Virus record (IMG/VR): IMGVR_UViG_3300021185_003351
Location: 64,001 to 128,000 of that record
Length of the DNA: 64,000 nt
Direction: 5' to 3' (one strand)
From: a virus
A model generated the notes under the pieces. That model did not search any database. It was not told the origin of the DNA and saw only the letters and a list, made by a program, of their open reading frames with translations. How positions within the stretch are numbered: position 1 is the first letter of the stretch; each line of letters begins with the position of its first letter. A program made the translations under genes and the position numbers. Below are positions 10,301 through 18,999 of the stretch, piece by piece.

Positions 10301-13300
10301 TTACTCAAAAATACAGACAATTTTGAATTTGGTGAAATAACAATTTCAGGAAGTTTACTTAGAAATGGATTTATGGATCCAACATCTAGTATTGGCGAAT
10401 GGAATGAAAACTCATTTGGTGTTACATGGGGAAATACCGTTTATGAAGGTCCTCCAATGGCAACATGGGATGGTTATGGATATCAAGGTCGACCTGGTTA
10501 TAATAGGCCTTATCCATATGGCTCAGGATATTCAATTCATAATCGATATTATGGGGTACTAAACAACACCGGCAAGATTAGAAAAACAGGAACCCTTTTA
10601 TCTTCTAGATCAGATCAGCTTCAATATAAGCATAGTAATCCAGGAACTCCTTATAGATATTCTACTAGAGGTTATGGTAAAACTATAGAAGATGATCCCG
10701 CTAGCGGAAATTGGAGTATAGATGGATGGATGAATGATTTTACTTCTAGTTATTATAAAGTAACTCAATCTATAGAAGATAAACGTCTTCAATTTCCAGA
10801 TAAATTTGGAGGAAGTGGTACATTGCGAGTTACTATTGATGATAATACTGCATTAGCATATGTAGGAGATGGTAGAGGAAATGAACTATTACTTCAAGGA
10901 CATTATTCATATCAAGGTAGAGGCCCAATCGGATTACAGCTAAATAGATATGGATCAATACATTCAGTAAATATTAAAGAAAGATATCAACAATTAATAT
11001 TAGATACTACCAATTCTTTTAGTAAACGTGATAAAATTTATGAATCTAGATTGTTATATGACCATGACCCTAGTAAAGAAGTTAATTTTATAGGTACTTT
11101 AGTAACAGATGCTAAAGGCCATAAAAATTTATTATGGGAATATATGAGGACCAAAGGCAATACTGACATCCTTCCATATATGTTCGGAGCATGTAATCAA
11201 GGAACAACCGCTGCAGGTAATACTTCTACTAACATTAATGCTGGGGGATATTACAATCATATTTATGGTTCAAATTATAATGCATTAATACCTAAAAATA
11301 ATATAGGTACCAGTCGATTTAATAGATATCAAGCAAATGATAATTTTTATGTTATATATGATTTAGGCACCCAAGTAACATTTGATACCGTAGGAATGAT
11401 ATTTGCTAAAGATAATTATGGTTCTGAACATGTTACTAACAATCAAATGAACAATGTTGAATTTCAAGTATGTGATGATGTAGGAGTTGCGTCTCCTGCC
11501 TGGGAAATAGTTCGTGCAAAAGAAAATGATTTGCGATATTCAAATTATAGAGGTGGAATAAGATTTTATACATTTCCTTCTGGCTCAGTAAATAAACGAT
11601 ATGTAAGATATCATAGTAGAGGAGGAACAAATAGTACAGCATTTGCAATGCATTCACATTTTGGCTTATATAATTTTTCAGGATCGTGTGCAGATTCAAA
11701 TACATTGGATGCATCATCAATAGCAGGAGGATTTGCAGATCAGTTCGGCTCGCCTACAGCATCAATGTGTCAAATAGAGTTAGCTAGCACTAAAAACTGG
11801 AAAACCGGCGATATGATTTATTTCTGGTCTAAGCAAATGAATTCTAGCGGAGTATTTTATGATGAAGGATATAATACTATATCATATTATAACACTAATA
11901 ACATAACTGGATGGCAAGCAGGCACAACACCTGAAGCTCAAATACTTAATGGAAAATGGCCTATTTACACTATTACAAACATTCAAGGTAACATAGTAAC
12001 ATTAGATAGACCGGTAACACAAATGTTTATAGATGCTGGCACAATAGCTTACAAATACAATAGAGGTAAGGTTACACTTAAAGCACCTCGTCAAATGATA
12101 TTTAATCTAGGATTTTTCTATAACAATTATGTTCGAAGAACAATACGTAATATAACAGGAATTAATGCAGTTCCTCACAATTACAGTGGCCAATACTATG
12201 GAATGTATTCTATTGAAGATGCTGGTATAATGCCATTCCAAGGTAATGTAAATGCAGATGGTTGGTATCTACCCCATGGTTTATATAGAAATATGTATAC
12301 AAGTTGGATATATCCTGAAGTAAGTCATGGTAGATGGGATCAGTTTAGAGCCAAAAAATGCTTTAATTATCATACCGAGTATTCTGCTGCATCTAATGGA
12401 ATATTAGGAAGTTTAAGCGTAAATAGACCAAATGAAGTTATAAGTTTTTGCAAATCTCCTCATCAACCTTCTTATAATACTAATATATATGGAGGATGGG
12501 AATATGGACAATATTCTGCAAGAGGACATGTTTACTATCAAAATAATTGGGCTAAAGGTGACAGATACAATGGTATTGTACCAAGAAGAGTATCACCTAG
12601 ATGGGGAACTAATGATGATCATTTAATACATATAGGAGATCTTGTAACTGTAGATAATCATCAAGCAAGCGTCGGAGGATGGTGGGATAGTAGTAGAAAT
12701 CCTGGATATAATGATAAAATTTATAAAACTAATAATAATACTAGAGATTATAATTTAATTCAATATTTTACATGGTGGAATCCATATGCAACTAATCCTA
12801 AAACTAATCCATCTCATTTAAGACACAATGATTATACCGAATTCCCAACAAATAATAATGGAAGTTATTTTGATAAAGATGACGTTCCAATTTTATATCG
12901 AAAAAATAAACAATCACTTTTCCCAGGCAGAGACATGATTGCTGCTAAAATGCATTATTATGGTATAACACATATTGTTCCAACTAACACACACGCTGAT
13001 GATAAAATGTATGAATTACATGTATGTCCAAATTATGAGTTTAGTATGACATATTCAACCGGAGCCAGTTACCTAAGCCTTCCGTTTAAAGCAGAATTTA
13101 CAGTTCTAGAAGACGCAGATGTTCGTTTAGATATTAGTATGATATATAAAATGATGGCATCTCAAGTATATAATTTTGGCGAAACTTATAGCAATAGTAC
13201 CCTTTATAATAATTTCGGTAATAGTATGCCTTGTATTTTTGTTGAAAATTTAACTACCCAAGAAATGATATATAATGAACCTATATATAAAATGGATAGC

Positions 13301-13633
13301 AGCATAAACATGCAAGAAATATTTAGTCTACCTGCAGGTCATTATAGAGTTGCTTTTAGAGTCAGCAGCGTATATCAATCTGCTAATCCTGGACTAGTAA
13401 TGTTTTTCAAAGATTTAAAATTTAAATTGGTAACTACTAATAAAAATAATATTGTAGTAATACATAATAATTGGGATATGGTAAAAATGCTAGAACAACC
13501 AGGAAGAGGAGAAAATTATTCAAACGTTAATAATTTACCATATACAGAAAATACAGGTCCAAATTCAGTAGTAAGACAAGCAAATAATTTAACAAATACC
13601 AAAACAATTAAATTTAATAAAATTAAACTATAA
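7361..13633 (+). CDS. Very large Tyr/Asn/Gly-rich virion adhesin or spike protein (2090 aa)
   Basis: N-terminal W-x-GGVVP-x3-D motif; internal discoidin/F5-8-like segment (VIYDLGTQVTFDTV...KRYVRY); lies in the fibre region. Confidence 0.6.
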   Translation: MATIIAKLNPVDSTWNPLDPNNWIGGVVPGPDDIARFYTYTTNATYETGYYYINKNRGYGNNAVYDRNQFHTAIAFGNGQGEGFYTRSFWEQEYSRDFFTRNWSGSFDPTASVAGAGYNWTQGSSYTYGSPGTFNSNNSSIYTHYGDYYAQTGYQYKGSYKSMNLYYDNIWNYNYGSPRTDTPAYGPMYYRFKCYVFRVENLTSTSLTIDDVTISETDTETYATKNRAFGTTKAAHAAANPGSEVLTDRIVDLFTGSALHIDNGGKWQIWGPHNGRQPYYNNRTYLNSNDFFTIAMYTSSDSYSPSVSDTNLYTANYSTALAGKYHLGLFTASAAGINDSLSKIDFPLTVMGNGEPGVYATEGTSSFRFSTRFGNEVTAKTASYTNINNQNDQNGGWSYSQYTTSSHGASAFLEGTLPSYYSWQGVGPGNLGRIRWKHDGTYSYDKFLIHPTEDYDPNKPGSKPGRRQGQGLRIDPTFSTWTTSSRITHPIFSKQPYTWLENGNIAGSELVGGYGYTNHMYKQGQIQYWELTGSQEWNVGRIEMGRFTHFHVKDNAHIVLHDMQGDSNGTSTSQAPTIDFEDHGLKSTLYITDEATIEISSSRTAYWNNDEAGIYLRRNSTSLIISGAANYSSSKLTENVSAGSSTLSIDNLSNTFAPGDIISVQSTASFKLTFPAAREHSLDYVDQNDPTTWYSGSYEEMYHKSSGGRNATYMNGTTLPPAHKDSVVTAFASFEKPSGMEFDNPVHTDEITVIAATSSNTATIRKFFGKEGEIHHDMGLYNKQEFVDTFPSGGAPIFTGDKRVVLVDSNHKKFVSGDQLEISGSVYTVLHNTTYLSQSLFRDFSRSDNPSLDDMFYMRLESFSGSSIWPIDVNADGVINTSTEDETHFERIHKNKLLITGSYQGSRAMLERYGNIGVPMLKNSGSNNGYQALQIDPTLSYYWQHSMNLNYDNLNNDSYNYRYRYYVNNNYTTWYGSANYLLKNTDNFEFGEITISGSLLRNGFMDPTSSIGEWNENSFGVTWGNTVYEGPPMATWDGYGYQGRPGYNRPYPYGSGYSIHNRYYGVLNNTGKIRKTGTLLSSRSDQLQYKHSNPGTPYRYSTRGYGKTIEDDPASGNWSIDGWMNDFTSSYYKVTQSIEDKRLQFPDKFGGSGTLRVTIDDNTALAYVGDGRGNELLLQGHYSYQGRGPIGLQLNRYGSIHSVNIKERYQQLILDTTNSFSKRDKIYESRLLYDHDPSKEVNFIGTLVTDAKGHKNLLWEYMRTKGNTDILPYMFGACNQGTTAAGNTSTNINAGGYYNHIYGSNYNALIPKNNIGTSRFNRYQANDNFYVIYDLGTQVTFDTVGMIFAKDNYGSEHVTNNQMNNVEFQVCDDVGVASPAWEIVRAKENDLRYSNYRGGIRFYTFPSGSVNKRYVRYHSRGGTNSTAFAMHSHFGLYNFSGSCADSNTLDASSIAGGFADQFGSPTASMCQIELASTKNWKTGDMIYFWSKQMNSSGVFYDEGYNTISYYNTNNITGWQAGTTPEAQILNGKWPIYTITNIQGNIVTLDRPVTQMFIDAGTIAYKYNRGKVTLKAPRQMIFNLGFFYNNYVRRTIRNITGINAVPHNYSGQYYGMYSIEDAGIMPFQGNVNADGWYLPHGLYRNMYTSWIYPEVSHGRWDQFRAKKCFNYHTEYSAASNGILGSLSVNRPNEVISFCKSPHQPSYNTNIYGGWEYGQYSARGHVYYQNNWAKGDRYNGIVPRRVSPRWGTNDDHLIHIGDLVTVDNHQASVGGWWDSSRNPGYNDKIYKTNNNTRDYNLIQYFTWWNPYATNPKTNPSHLRHNDYTEFPTNNNGSYFDKDDVPILYRKNKQSLFPGRDMIAAKMHYYGITHIVPTNTHADDKMYELHVCPNYEFSMTYSTGASYLSLPFKAEFTVLEDADVRLDISMIYKMMASQVYNFGETYSNSTLYNNFGNSMPCIFVENLTTQEMIYNEPIYKMDSSINMQEIFSLPAGHYRVAFRVSSVYQSANPGLVMFFKDLKFKLVTTNKNNIVVIHNNWDMVKMLEQPGRGENYSNVNNLPYTENTGPNSVVRQANNLTNTKTIKFNKIKL

Positions 13634-13646
13634 TATTTATAATAAA
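13633..13646 (+). promoter_or_regulatory. Putative late promoter motif ATATTTATAATAAA
   Basis: Repeated motif, abutting the ATG at 13646. Confidence 0.55.
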
Positions 13647-14830
13647 TGAATTTTGATATATTAAATAATAAACCACTAGAATTCTTCAATCAAGATGGCG
13701 AATTAATGGGTAAAATATTCATCTCCGGATCAACTGGTGATTTATATTTAACTCCCGTATCTGGTAGTGATGGTGATGTTATTCTAGGAAATAGAGATAC
13801 AGTTGGCGATGTTGAAATAGGATTACCATCTGCAGAAACATCATTAAAATTAATGGGCGGCGGAATCATATCTGCAAATGGAAATACTTTAACTATAGGA
13901 GATGTTGCTGCTGGTGATTCTGTTATAGTAAACGGCCCTATAACTGCATCTAATATATTATCTGCTTCATATGCGTTAACTGCATCACATGCACTTAATA
14001 GTAGTGGAGGAGGCTCTGGAATATTTGAAGCAACTGGATCTATATTTGCAACCACAAATGTTTTAGAAGTCACCGGATCAATGACGCTAATTAACACAGC
14101 TTCAAATTCAACCTCATCAAACACACTATCTATAGAAGGATCAGGATCAGTAAGTGGATCTGGAATATTTGACGTTCGTGGATCTGTTGGACAACTATTT
14201 GAAGTTGCAGACGGATTAGATGGAGTATTGATGTCCGTTAATGATATATCAGGTATTCCTATATTAACAGTATCATCATCAGGTAATGTTATTTTAGCAG
14301 AAGGATCAACATTAATAGGAACAGCATCATTTGCATCTACTAGTCCAGCAGGAGCACCTTTTCCTCATACTGGTACAGCTCGTATTGATGGTAATTTAGA
14401 TGTTACTGGATCTGGAGATGATATATTCAAAGTAAGATCAAGATCCGGATCATTGTTTTCAGTTGATGATGGATTAGATGGTATCTTAATGTCAGTTAAT
14501 GACATATCCGGATTACCATTATTTGAAATTTCATCTTCTGGTAATGTAGAATTAATTGAAGGTAATATATCTGGATCTGCAGCATCAACCGCATCATTTG
14601 GAAAACTAGAATCATATGGTGGATTACATGTAGAAAGCTCCGGTTCAACAGTATTTGAAGTAGTAGGATCTGAAGGATCATTGTTTGCAATAGACGATTC
14701 ATTGTCTGGATCATTGTTTGCAGTAACAAATAAATCAGGTATTCCTAGATTTGAAGTGTTTTCAGACGGCAAAATAGAAAAACAAGGTAATAATATTCAA
14801 GACGAATCATTTACATGGTTCATGGCATAA
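13646..14830 (+). CDS. Tail fibre-like protein with three copies of a ~45-aa repeat module
   Basis: Repeats of F-x-V-x-GS-x-G-x-LF-x-V-x-D-x-LDG-x-LMSVNDISG-x-P. Confidence 0.65.
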   Translation: MNFDILNNKPLEFFNQDGELMGKIFISGSTGDLYLTPVSGSDGDVILGNRDTVGDVEIGLPSAETSLKLMGGGIISANGNTLTIGDVAAGDSVIVNGPITASNILSASYALTASHALNSSGGGSGIFEATGSIFATTNVLEVTGSMTLINTASNSTSSNTLSIEGSGSVSGSGIFDVRGSVGQLFEVADGLDGVLMSVNDISGIPILTVSSSGNVILAEGSTLIGTASFASTSPAGAPFPHTGTARIDGNLDVTGSGDDIFKVRSRSGSLFSVDDGLDGILMSVNDISGLPLFEISSSGNVELIEGNISGSAASTASFGKLESYGGLHVESSGSTVFEVVGSEGSLFAIDDSLSGSLFAVTNKSGIPRFEVFSDGKIEKQGNNIQDESFTWFMA

Positions 14831-14831
14831 T

Positions 14832-15542
14832 ATGAAAAAATACGGATTAAATAATGGATATATTGGTAAAGATCGTTTAAGATCATTTGCTTCTGGCATA
14901 ATCTCACAACATAAACATGCAACTCTTAGGACAGCCGGGTTAATGAAACTAGCTGGATCAGGTATAATCCAAGAAGGTCTTCGAATAAATTATAATATTG
15001 ATTCTGTTACAGACACATATCCTGAAACATGGACTGATTTAAGCGGAGCTGGAATACATGCAACAATATTGGGAGCACCGCAGTTAACAGACGACGGTGG
15101 TGTAAATTATTTAGCTTTTGATTCTATAACTGATGGATTTGAACCGTCATCTGGATATTCATTTACTAATGGTACTGGAACCGTTGCATTGGTTATGAAA
15201 ACAGTTGATGTACAAGGCTTGTTTTTTGGTAATTTTTTGGGAGCTTATAGATCCGGAAATAAATTTTATAATAACGGATTTGGATCTCCTACTTTTCATA
15301 TGGACACTGATCAAAAATCTAATATCTATGATCATTTGCGTACTGGTAATTGGCATTATGTAGAATTTAAAAATATACAAAATTCTTCTACGTCTACTGC
15401 TACATGGCGATTTTCCAAATATGGCAGTTATGAAATACAGTGTGATTTAAGAGCTGTAATAGCATATGATCACAACTTAACCGCTGAAGAAAGCCTACAA
15501 AATTACAATTATTATTATAACAGCGGTTATTTATCTGATTAA
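14832..15542 (+). CDS. Divergent LamG/ConA-like domain protein (paralogue 5)
   Basis: IIQEGLRINY ... WTDLSG ... LAFD ... IAYDHNLTAEESLQNYN; its N-terminus differs from the other copies. Confidence 0.65.
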   Translation: MKKYGLNNGYIGKDRLRSFASGIISQHKHATLRTAGLMKLAGSGIIQEGLRINYNIDSVTDTYPETWTDLSGAGIHATILGAPQLTDDGGVNYLAFDSITDGFEPSSGYSFTNGTGTVALVMKTVDVQGLFFGNFLGAYRSGNKFYNNGFGSPTFHMDTDQKSNIYDHLRTGNWHYVEFKNIQNSSTSTATWRFSKYGSYEIQCDLRAVIAYDHNLTAEESLQNYNYYYNSGYLSD

Positions 15543-15556
15543 TATTTATATATAAA
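15542..15556 (+). promoter_or_regulatory. Putative late promoter motif ATATTTATATATAAA
   Basis: Repeated motif upstream of 15567. Confidence 0.55.
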
Positions 15557-15566
15557 GAAATGAATT

Positions 15567-15953
15567 ATGGCAACAACATATCATAACGCAGGTTTAAATA
15601 TATCACAATCAACAACCATCAACATGAATTATTCTGCATCTGGAGATTTTTTAACTGCAGGTTCTGGCGAAACATATATATTAAAAAATATTCAAATTGC
15701 AAATACATCAGAACCGGTTGCAGGTACTTATTATGATACAAATATAACTGCAAGATTTATAGATTTTAGTACTTCAACGACACATAGTTTAGCAAAATTT
15801 ATATCACTACCAAAAAATTCGTCAATTGATATATTGTCAGATAATTTAGTTTTAGAATCAGGAGATAAAATACAATTACAAATAACAGGATCTTCTGAAG
15901 CTACTATAAATTATGAGGTAAATGCAGTAGGAAGTTATTTGAAAATTACATAA
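15567..15953 (+). CDS. Small beta-rich virion structural protein
   Basis: ILKNIQIAN ... LVLESGDKI pattern common in small virion proteins of aquatic phages; structural context. Confidence 0.5.
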   Translation: MATTYHNAGLNISQSTTINMNYSASGDFLTAGSGETYILKNIQIANTSEPVAGTYYDTNITARFIDFSTSTTHSLAKFISLPKNSSIDILSDNLVLESGDKIQLQITGSSEATINYEVNAVGSYLKIT

Positions 15954-15962
15954 GGGTTCACC

Positions 15963-16676
15963 ATGGCAATTCGTAGAGGTGAAATAATTACTAGAATTAT
16001 AGAAACCGGTTTAACTCATAATATAGACGCTTCAAATCGTGTAACATATCCTAGATCAGGAGTCAAAGTTTATAATACTGTAGACACAGACATTACCGGA
16101 TCATTTATTAATGATGTAGCATATAACAGTGTATCGCCAGACAATTTTCAATTTGGATTAGATGGAGTAGATGATATAATTAGATTTGAATCTCATTTTG
16201 CTGCTTATGGACAAACAGACATCACATTGTCATATTGGTTTAGATTATTAGGATCTCCTGCATCAGTTTGGCACGGGTTGTCCAACGAAATTGCTACTCA
16301 ACTACCTTTTAGATCAAGAATATTAATCAAAGAAAATTTAGCTCAGTTGTTATACACATTAACTTTAAATGGACAGAAATCAATTACTCCTATTAGTTTT
16401 TCTTTGAATACATGGCATAATGTAGTTATAACCAAAGACAGCATAGTTGGTACCAAAGTATATTTAGACAATGTATATAAAGGTGGTCACTCAACGGAAA
16501 CAGGTGCTATAACTGGAACTAGTAGCACAACAGTAGGAGGTACTGACGTTGGACGTGGTTATGAATCTGGATATTACATGAACGGAAACATGGCCAGTAT
16601 ACATGTTTACGACAGAGCATTATCAGCAACAGAATTAACTCATAATTATAATGCAATGATTGGGAGATTTTCATGA
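15963..16676 (+). CDS. LamG/ConA-like lectin domain virion protein (paralogue 6)
   Basis: GLTHNIDASNRVTYP ... LDGVDD ... WHNVVIT ... VYDRALSATELTHNYNA. Confidence 0.85.
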   Translation: MAIRRGEIITRIIETGLTHNIDASNRVTYPRSGVKVYNTVDTDITGSFINDVAYNSVSPDNFQFGLDGVDDIIRFESHFAAYGQTDITLSYWFRLLGSPASVWHGLSNEIATQLPFRSRILIKENLAQLLYTLTLNGQKSITPISFSLNTWHNVVITKDSIVGTKVYLDNVYKGGHSTETGAITGTSSTTVGGTDVGRGYESGYYMNGNMASIHVYDRALSATELTHNYNAMIGRFS

Positions 16677-17413
16677 GTGGAAGAGCCGGCGAAATTATTA
16701 CGGATATTGTTGAAGATGGACTAGTGTTTAATATGGACGCTGCTAATAGAGCAAGCTATTCTAAAACTGGGACTTCTGTCAAAGATACTTTAAATAATTC
16801 ATCTGGAACTTTAACAAATGGATCATCTTTTCAATCTACATTACCTTTAAGTTTTGATTTTGATGGAGCTGATGATGAATTAATTTTTTCAAATAATACT
16901 GCTATTAATAGTTTAGGCACTTTAACTACAGATTTAACATTATCTATATGGTTTAGAAATGAAGGAGCATCTAATGTAGAACAAAGAATATTTGGTATGT
17001 CGACTAATCAAAGCTATACAGGAGGAAGATCAATTTCTGCAGTAATTTATTCAAATAATTTACAATCATATTATCGAGACAATAATGGATATAAATATAG
17101 AAATATTAGCTTTTCAGGTCAACAAAATGAATGGCTTAGTTATACAATTGTATTTCATTCAGGTGATGAAAATGCTACTACTCAATATTTAAATAACGTA
17201 GCTTACTCCGGGATGACAGCAGGACAATCAGGCGTAATATTTCCATCTTCATTTAATTTTGCAGATACTACAATATATCTAGGAAACAATTCTTCGCATT
17301 CAACGCTAGCTTTAGATGGTCAAATTGGCTGTTTTCAAATGTATACAAGAGCATTAAGTGATAATGAAAGAACACACAATTACAACGCATTAAGAAGTAG
17401 ATTTGGAGTATGA
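16673..17413 (+). CDS. LamG/ConA-like lectin domain virion protein (paralogue 7)
   Basis: DGLVFNMDAANRASYS ... FDFDGADD ... MYTRALSDNERTHNYNALRSRF. Confidence 0.85.
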   Translation: MSGRAGEIITDIVEDGLVFNMDAANRASYSKTGTSVKDTLNNSSGTLTNGSSFQSTLPLSFDFDGADDELIFSNNTAINSLGTLTTDLTLSIWFRNEGASNVEQRIFGMSTNQSYTGGRSISAVIYSNNLQSYYRDNNGYKYRNISFSGQQNEWLSYTIVFHSGDENATTQYLNNVAYSGMTAGQSGVIFPSSFNFADTTIYLGNNSSHSTLALDGQIGCFQMYTRALSDNERTHNYNALRSRFGV

Positions 17414-18099
17414 GATTAGGAGAAATTAAAACGGATATCATTGAGAATGGGCTAGTATTCAACATGGATCCAGCTAATAGAGCAAGTTATCCTAAAACTG
17501 GTACTATTGTTACTAATACAATAAACAACAGTACTAGTACCTTAACCAATGGCCCAACATTTTCGGACAGTAATAGTGGAATTATGCACTTTGATGGAAA
17601 TGATGATTATATTAATACTCCATCCAGCTGGACATCATTAGGAACCGGAGATTTTACAGTTTGTAGTTGGTTTAGAGTAGAAGAGGTGCCAGCTGGGAGT
17701 GGTTTTGTTTGGGTAATGGTCGATGCAGGCGGTAATTCTAATTATGCAAATTTAAGAGTTCGATTAAACAATCAAATTCAATTTCAAGCTAGACAAGGAG
17801 GAGGAGGAAGTGTTGAACTAACTTATGGTACTACTTATAGTACAGATACCTGGTATCAAGCAACATGCACAAGAACAGGTACTACAGGAACATTATACCT
17901 TAATGGTATTAATCCTTCATCTCAAACTAATTCTGAGTTTGGTGTAGATCTAGGAGATGAACTTTATATAGGAAATTGGCGAATATTTTCATATGCTTTA
18001 AGTGGGGACATAGGACCAATTCATATCTACAACCGAGTATTATCAGCAAATGAAGTCCTACACAACTACAATGCTTTAAAAGGTAGATTTGGAGTTTAG
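17410..18099 (+). CDS. LamG/ConA-like lectin domain virion protein (paralogue 8)
   Basis: NGLVFNMDPANRASYP ... HFDGNDDY ... IYNRVLSANEVLHNYNALKGRF. Confidence 0.85.
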   Translation: MRLGEIKTDIIENGLVFNMDPANRASYPKTGTIVTNTINNSTSTLTNGPTFSDSNSGIMHFDGNDDYINTPSSWTSLGTGDFTVCSWFRVEEVPAGSGFVWVMVDAGGNSNYANLRVRLNNQIQFQARQGGGGSVELTYGTTYSTDTWYQATCTRTGTTGTLYLNGINPSSQTNSEFGVDLGDELYIGNWRIFSYALSGDIGPIHIYNRVLSANEVLHNYNALKGRFGV

Positions 18100-18102
18100 G
18101 TT

Positions 18103-18116
18103 ATATTTATAATAAA
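18103..18116 (+). promoter_or_regulatory. Putative late promoter motif ATATTTATAATAAA
   Basis: Repeated motif upstream of 18131. Confidence 0.6.
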
Positions 18117-18130
18117 CCAAAGAAACTACA

Positions 18131-18592
18131 ATGGCAAATACATTATCAAGCACCGGAATATCTAATGGAAGTAGAATACTTCCAGCTCATATATCACAAA
18201 TAACTGATGCATTATCAAAACAAGAAGCATATGATATAACAATATCAGGATCTTTAGTTGTAACTGGATCAGCAAAATTTGATAGTACACTATCAGCTGT
18301 TTCAATGTCAGGAGATGGATCTGCAATAACAGGTATATTAAATGCAGTAACTGCATCTCATTCTTTATTCAATGATTCATCATCAATTGCAACATTAGCT
18401 AACACAGCTAGTTTAGCTTTATCTGGCAATGGAGTATTTAGTGGATCATTTTCAGGATCACATACAGGTATCGTATTAACCTCAGTTTCAGAAAGTTTAA
18501 ATTTTGCAGATGATAGTGCAGCAGCTGCTGGAGGCGTTGCATTGGGCGGATTATATAGAAGTGCAAGTTTTGTAAAAATTAGGATTTCATAA
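18131..18592 (+). CDS. Short fibre-like virion protein
   Basis: SGS/TAS-rich; C-terminal FADDSAAAAGGVALGGLYR motif seen at phage fibre tips. Confidence 0.55.
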   Translation: MANTLSSTGISNGSRILPAHISQITDALSKQEAYDITISGSLVVTGSAKFDSTLSAVSMSGDGSAITGILNAVTASHSLFNDSSSIATLANTASLALSGNGVFSGSFSGSHTGIVLTSVSESLNFADDSAAAAGGVALGGLYRSASFVKIRIS

Positions 18593-18609
18593 AAAAATTT
18601 ATTATAATA
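18580..18609 (+). promoter_or_regulatory. Putative early/middle promoter TAGGA-N17-TTATAATA
   Basis: Member of a 10-copy bipartite motif with a fixed 17-nt spacer. Confidence 0.5.
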
Positions 18610-18660
18610 AATTATTATAGTTTACAAATAAATACAAACAAATAAAAATAAAGTTATATT

Positions 18661-18945
18661 ATGGCAAAAAAAGAAACAACAAAAAAACTAGAGCAAGTAG
18701 ATATTGATTCAATAGTAGAATTAAGACAAAAATATGCTGAAAACACAAATGCATTAGGTTTAATAACAACTGATGAATATGCAATTAATCAACAATTAGA
18801 ACAACTTAAATTACAAAAAGAAAAAATGTTTTCTTCATTAAATGAATTAAGAGAATCTGAAATCAAATTAATGGATTCACTTAAAGAAAAGTATGGAGAC
18901 GGACAAATAAATATTGAAGACGGAACATTCACTTCAATTTCATAG
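18661..18945 (+). CDS. Small coiled-coil hypothetical protein
   Basis: Heptad-rich, ending LKEKYGDGQINIEDGTF; directly upstream of the sheath gene. Confidence 0.55.
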   Translation: MAKKETTKKLEQVDIDSIVELRQKYAENTNALGLITTDEYAINQQLEQLKLQKEKMFSSLNELRESEIKLMDSLKEKYGDGQINIEDGTFTSIS

Positions 18946-18964
18946 GTTTTTCCGTTAATGAATC

Positions 18965-18978
18965 ATATTTATAATAAA
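18965..18978 (+). promoter_or_regulatory. Putative late promoter motif ATATTTATAATAAA
   Basis: Upstream of the tail sheath gene. Confidence 0.6.
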
Positions 18979-18999
18979 CATAATTAGAGGAGACAACTA

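Noticed and set aside
1442-18099. Diversity-generating retroelement or invertase shufflon as the source of LamG variation
   Set aside because: No reverse transcriptase, no template/variable repeat pair differing only at adenines, no inverted cassettes and no site-specific recombinase in the window.
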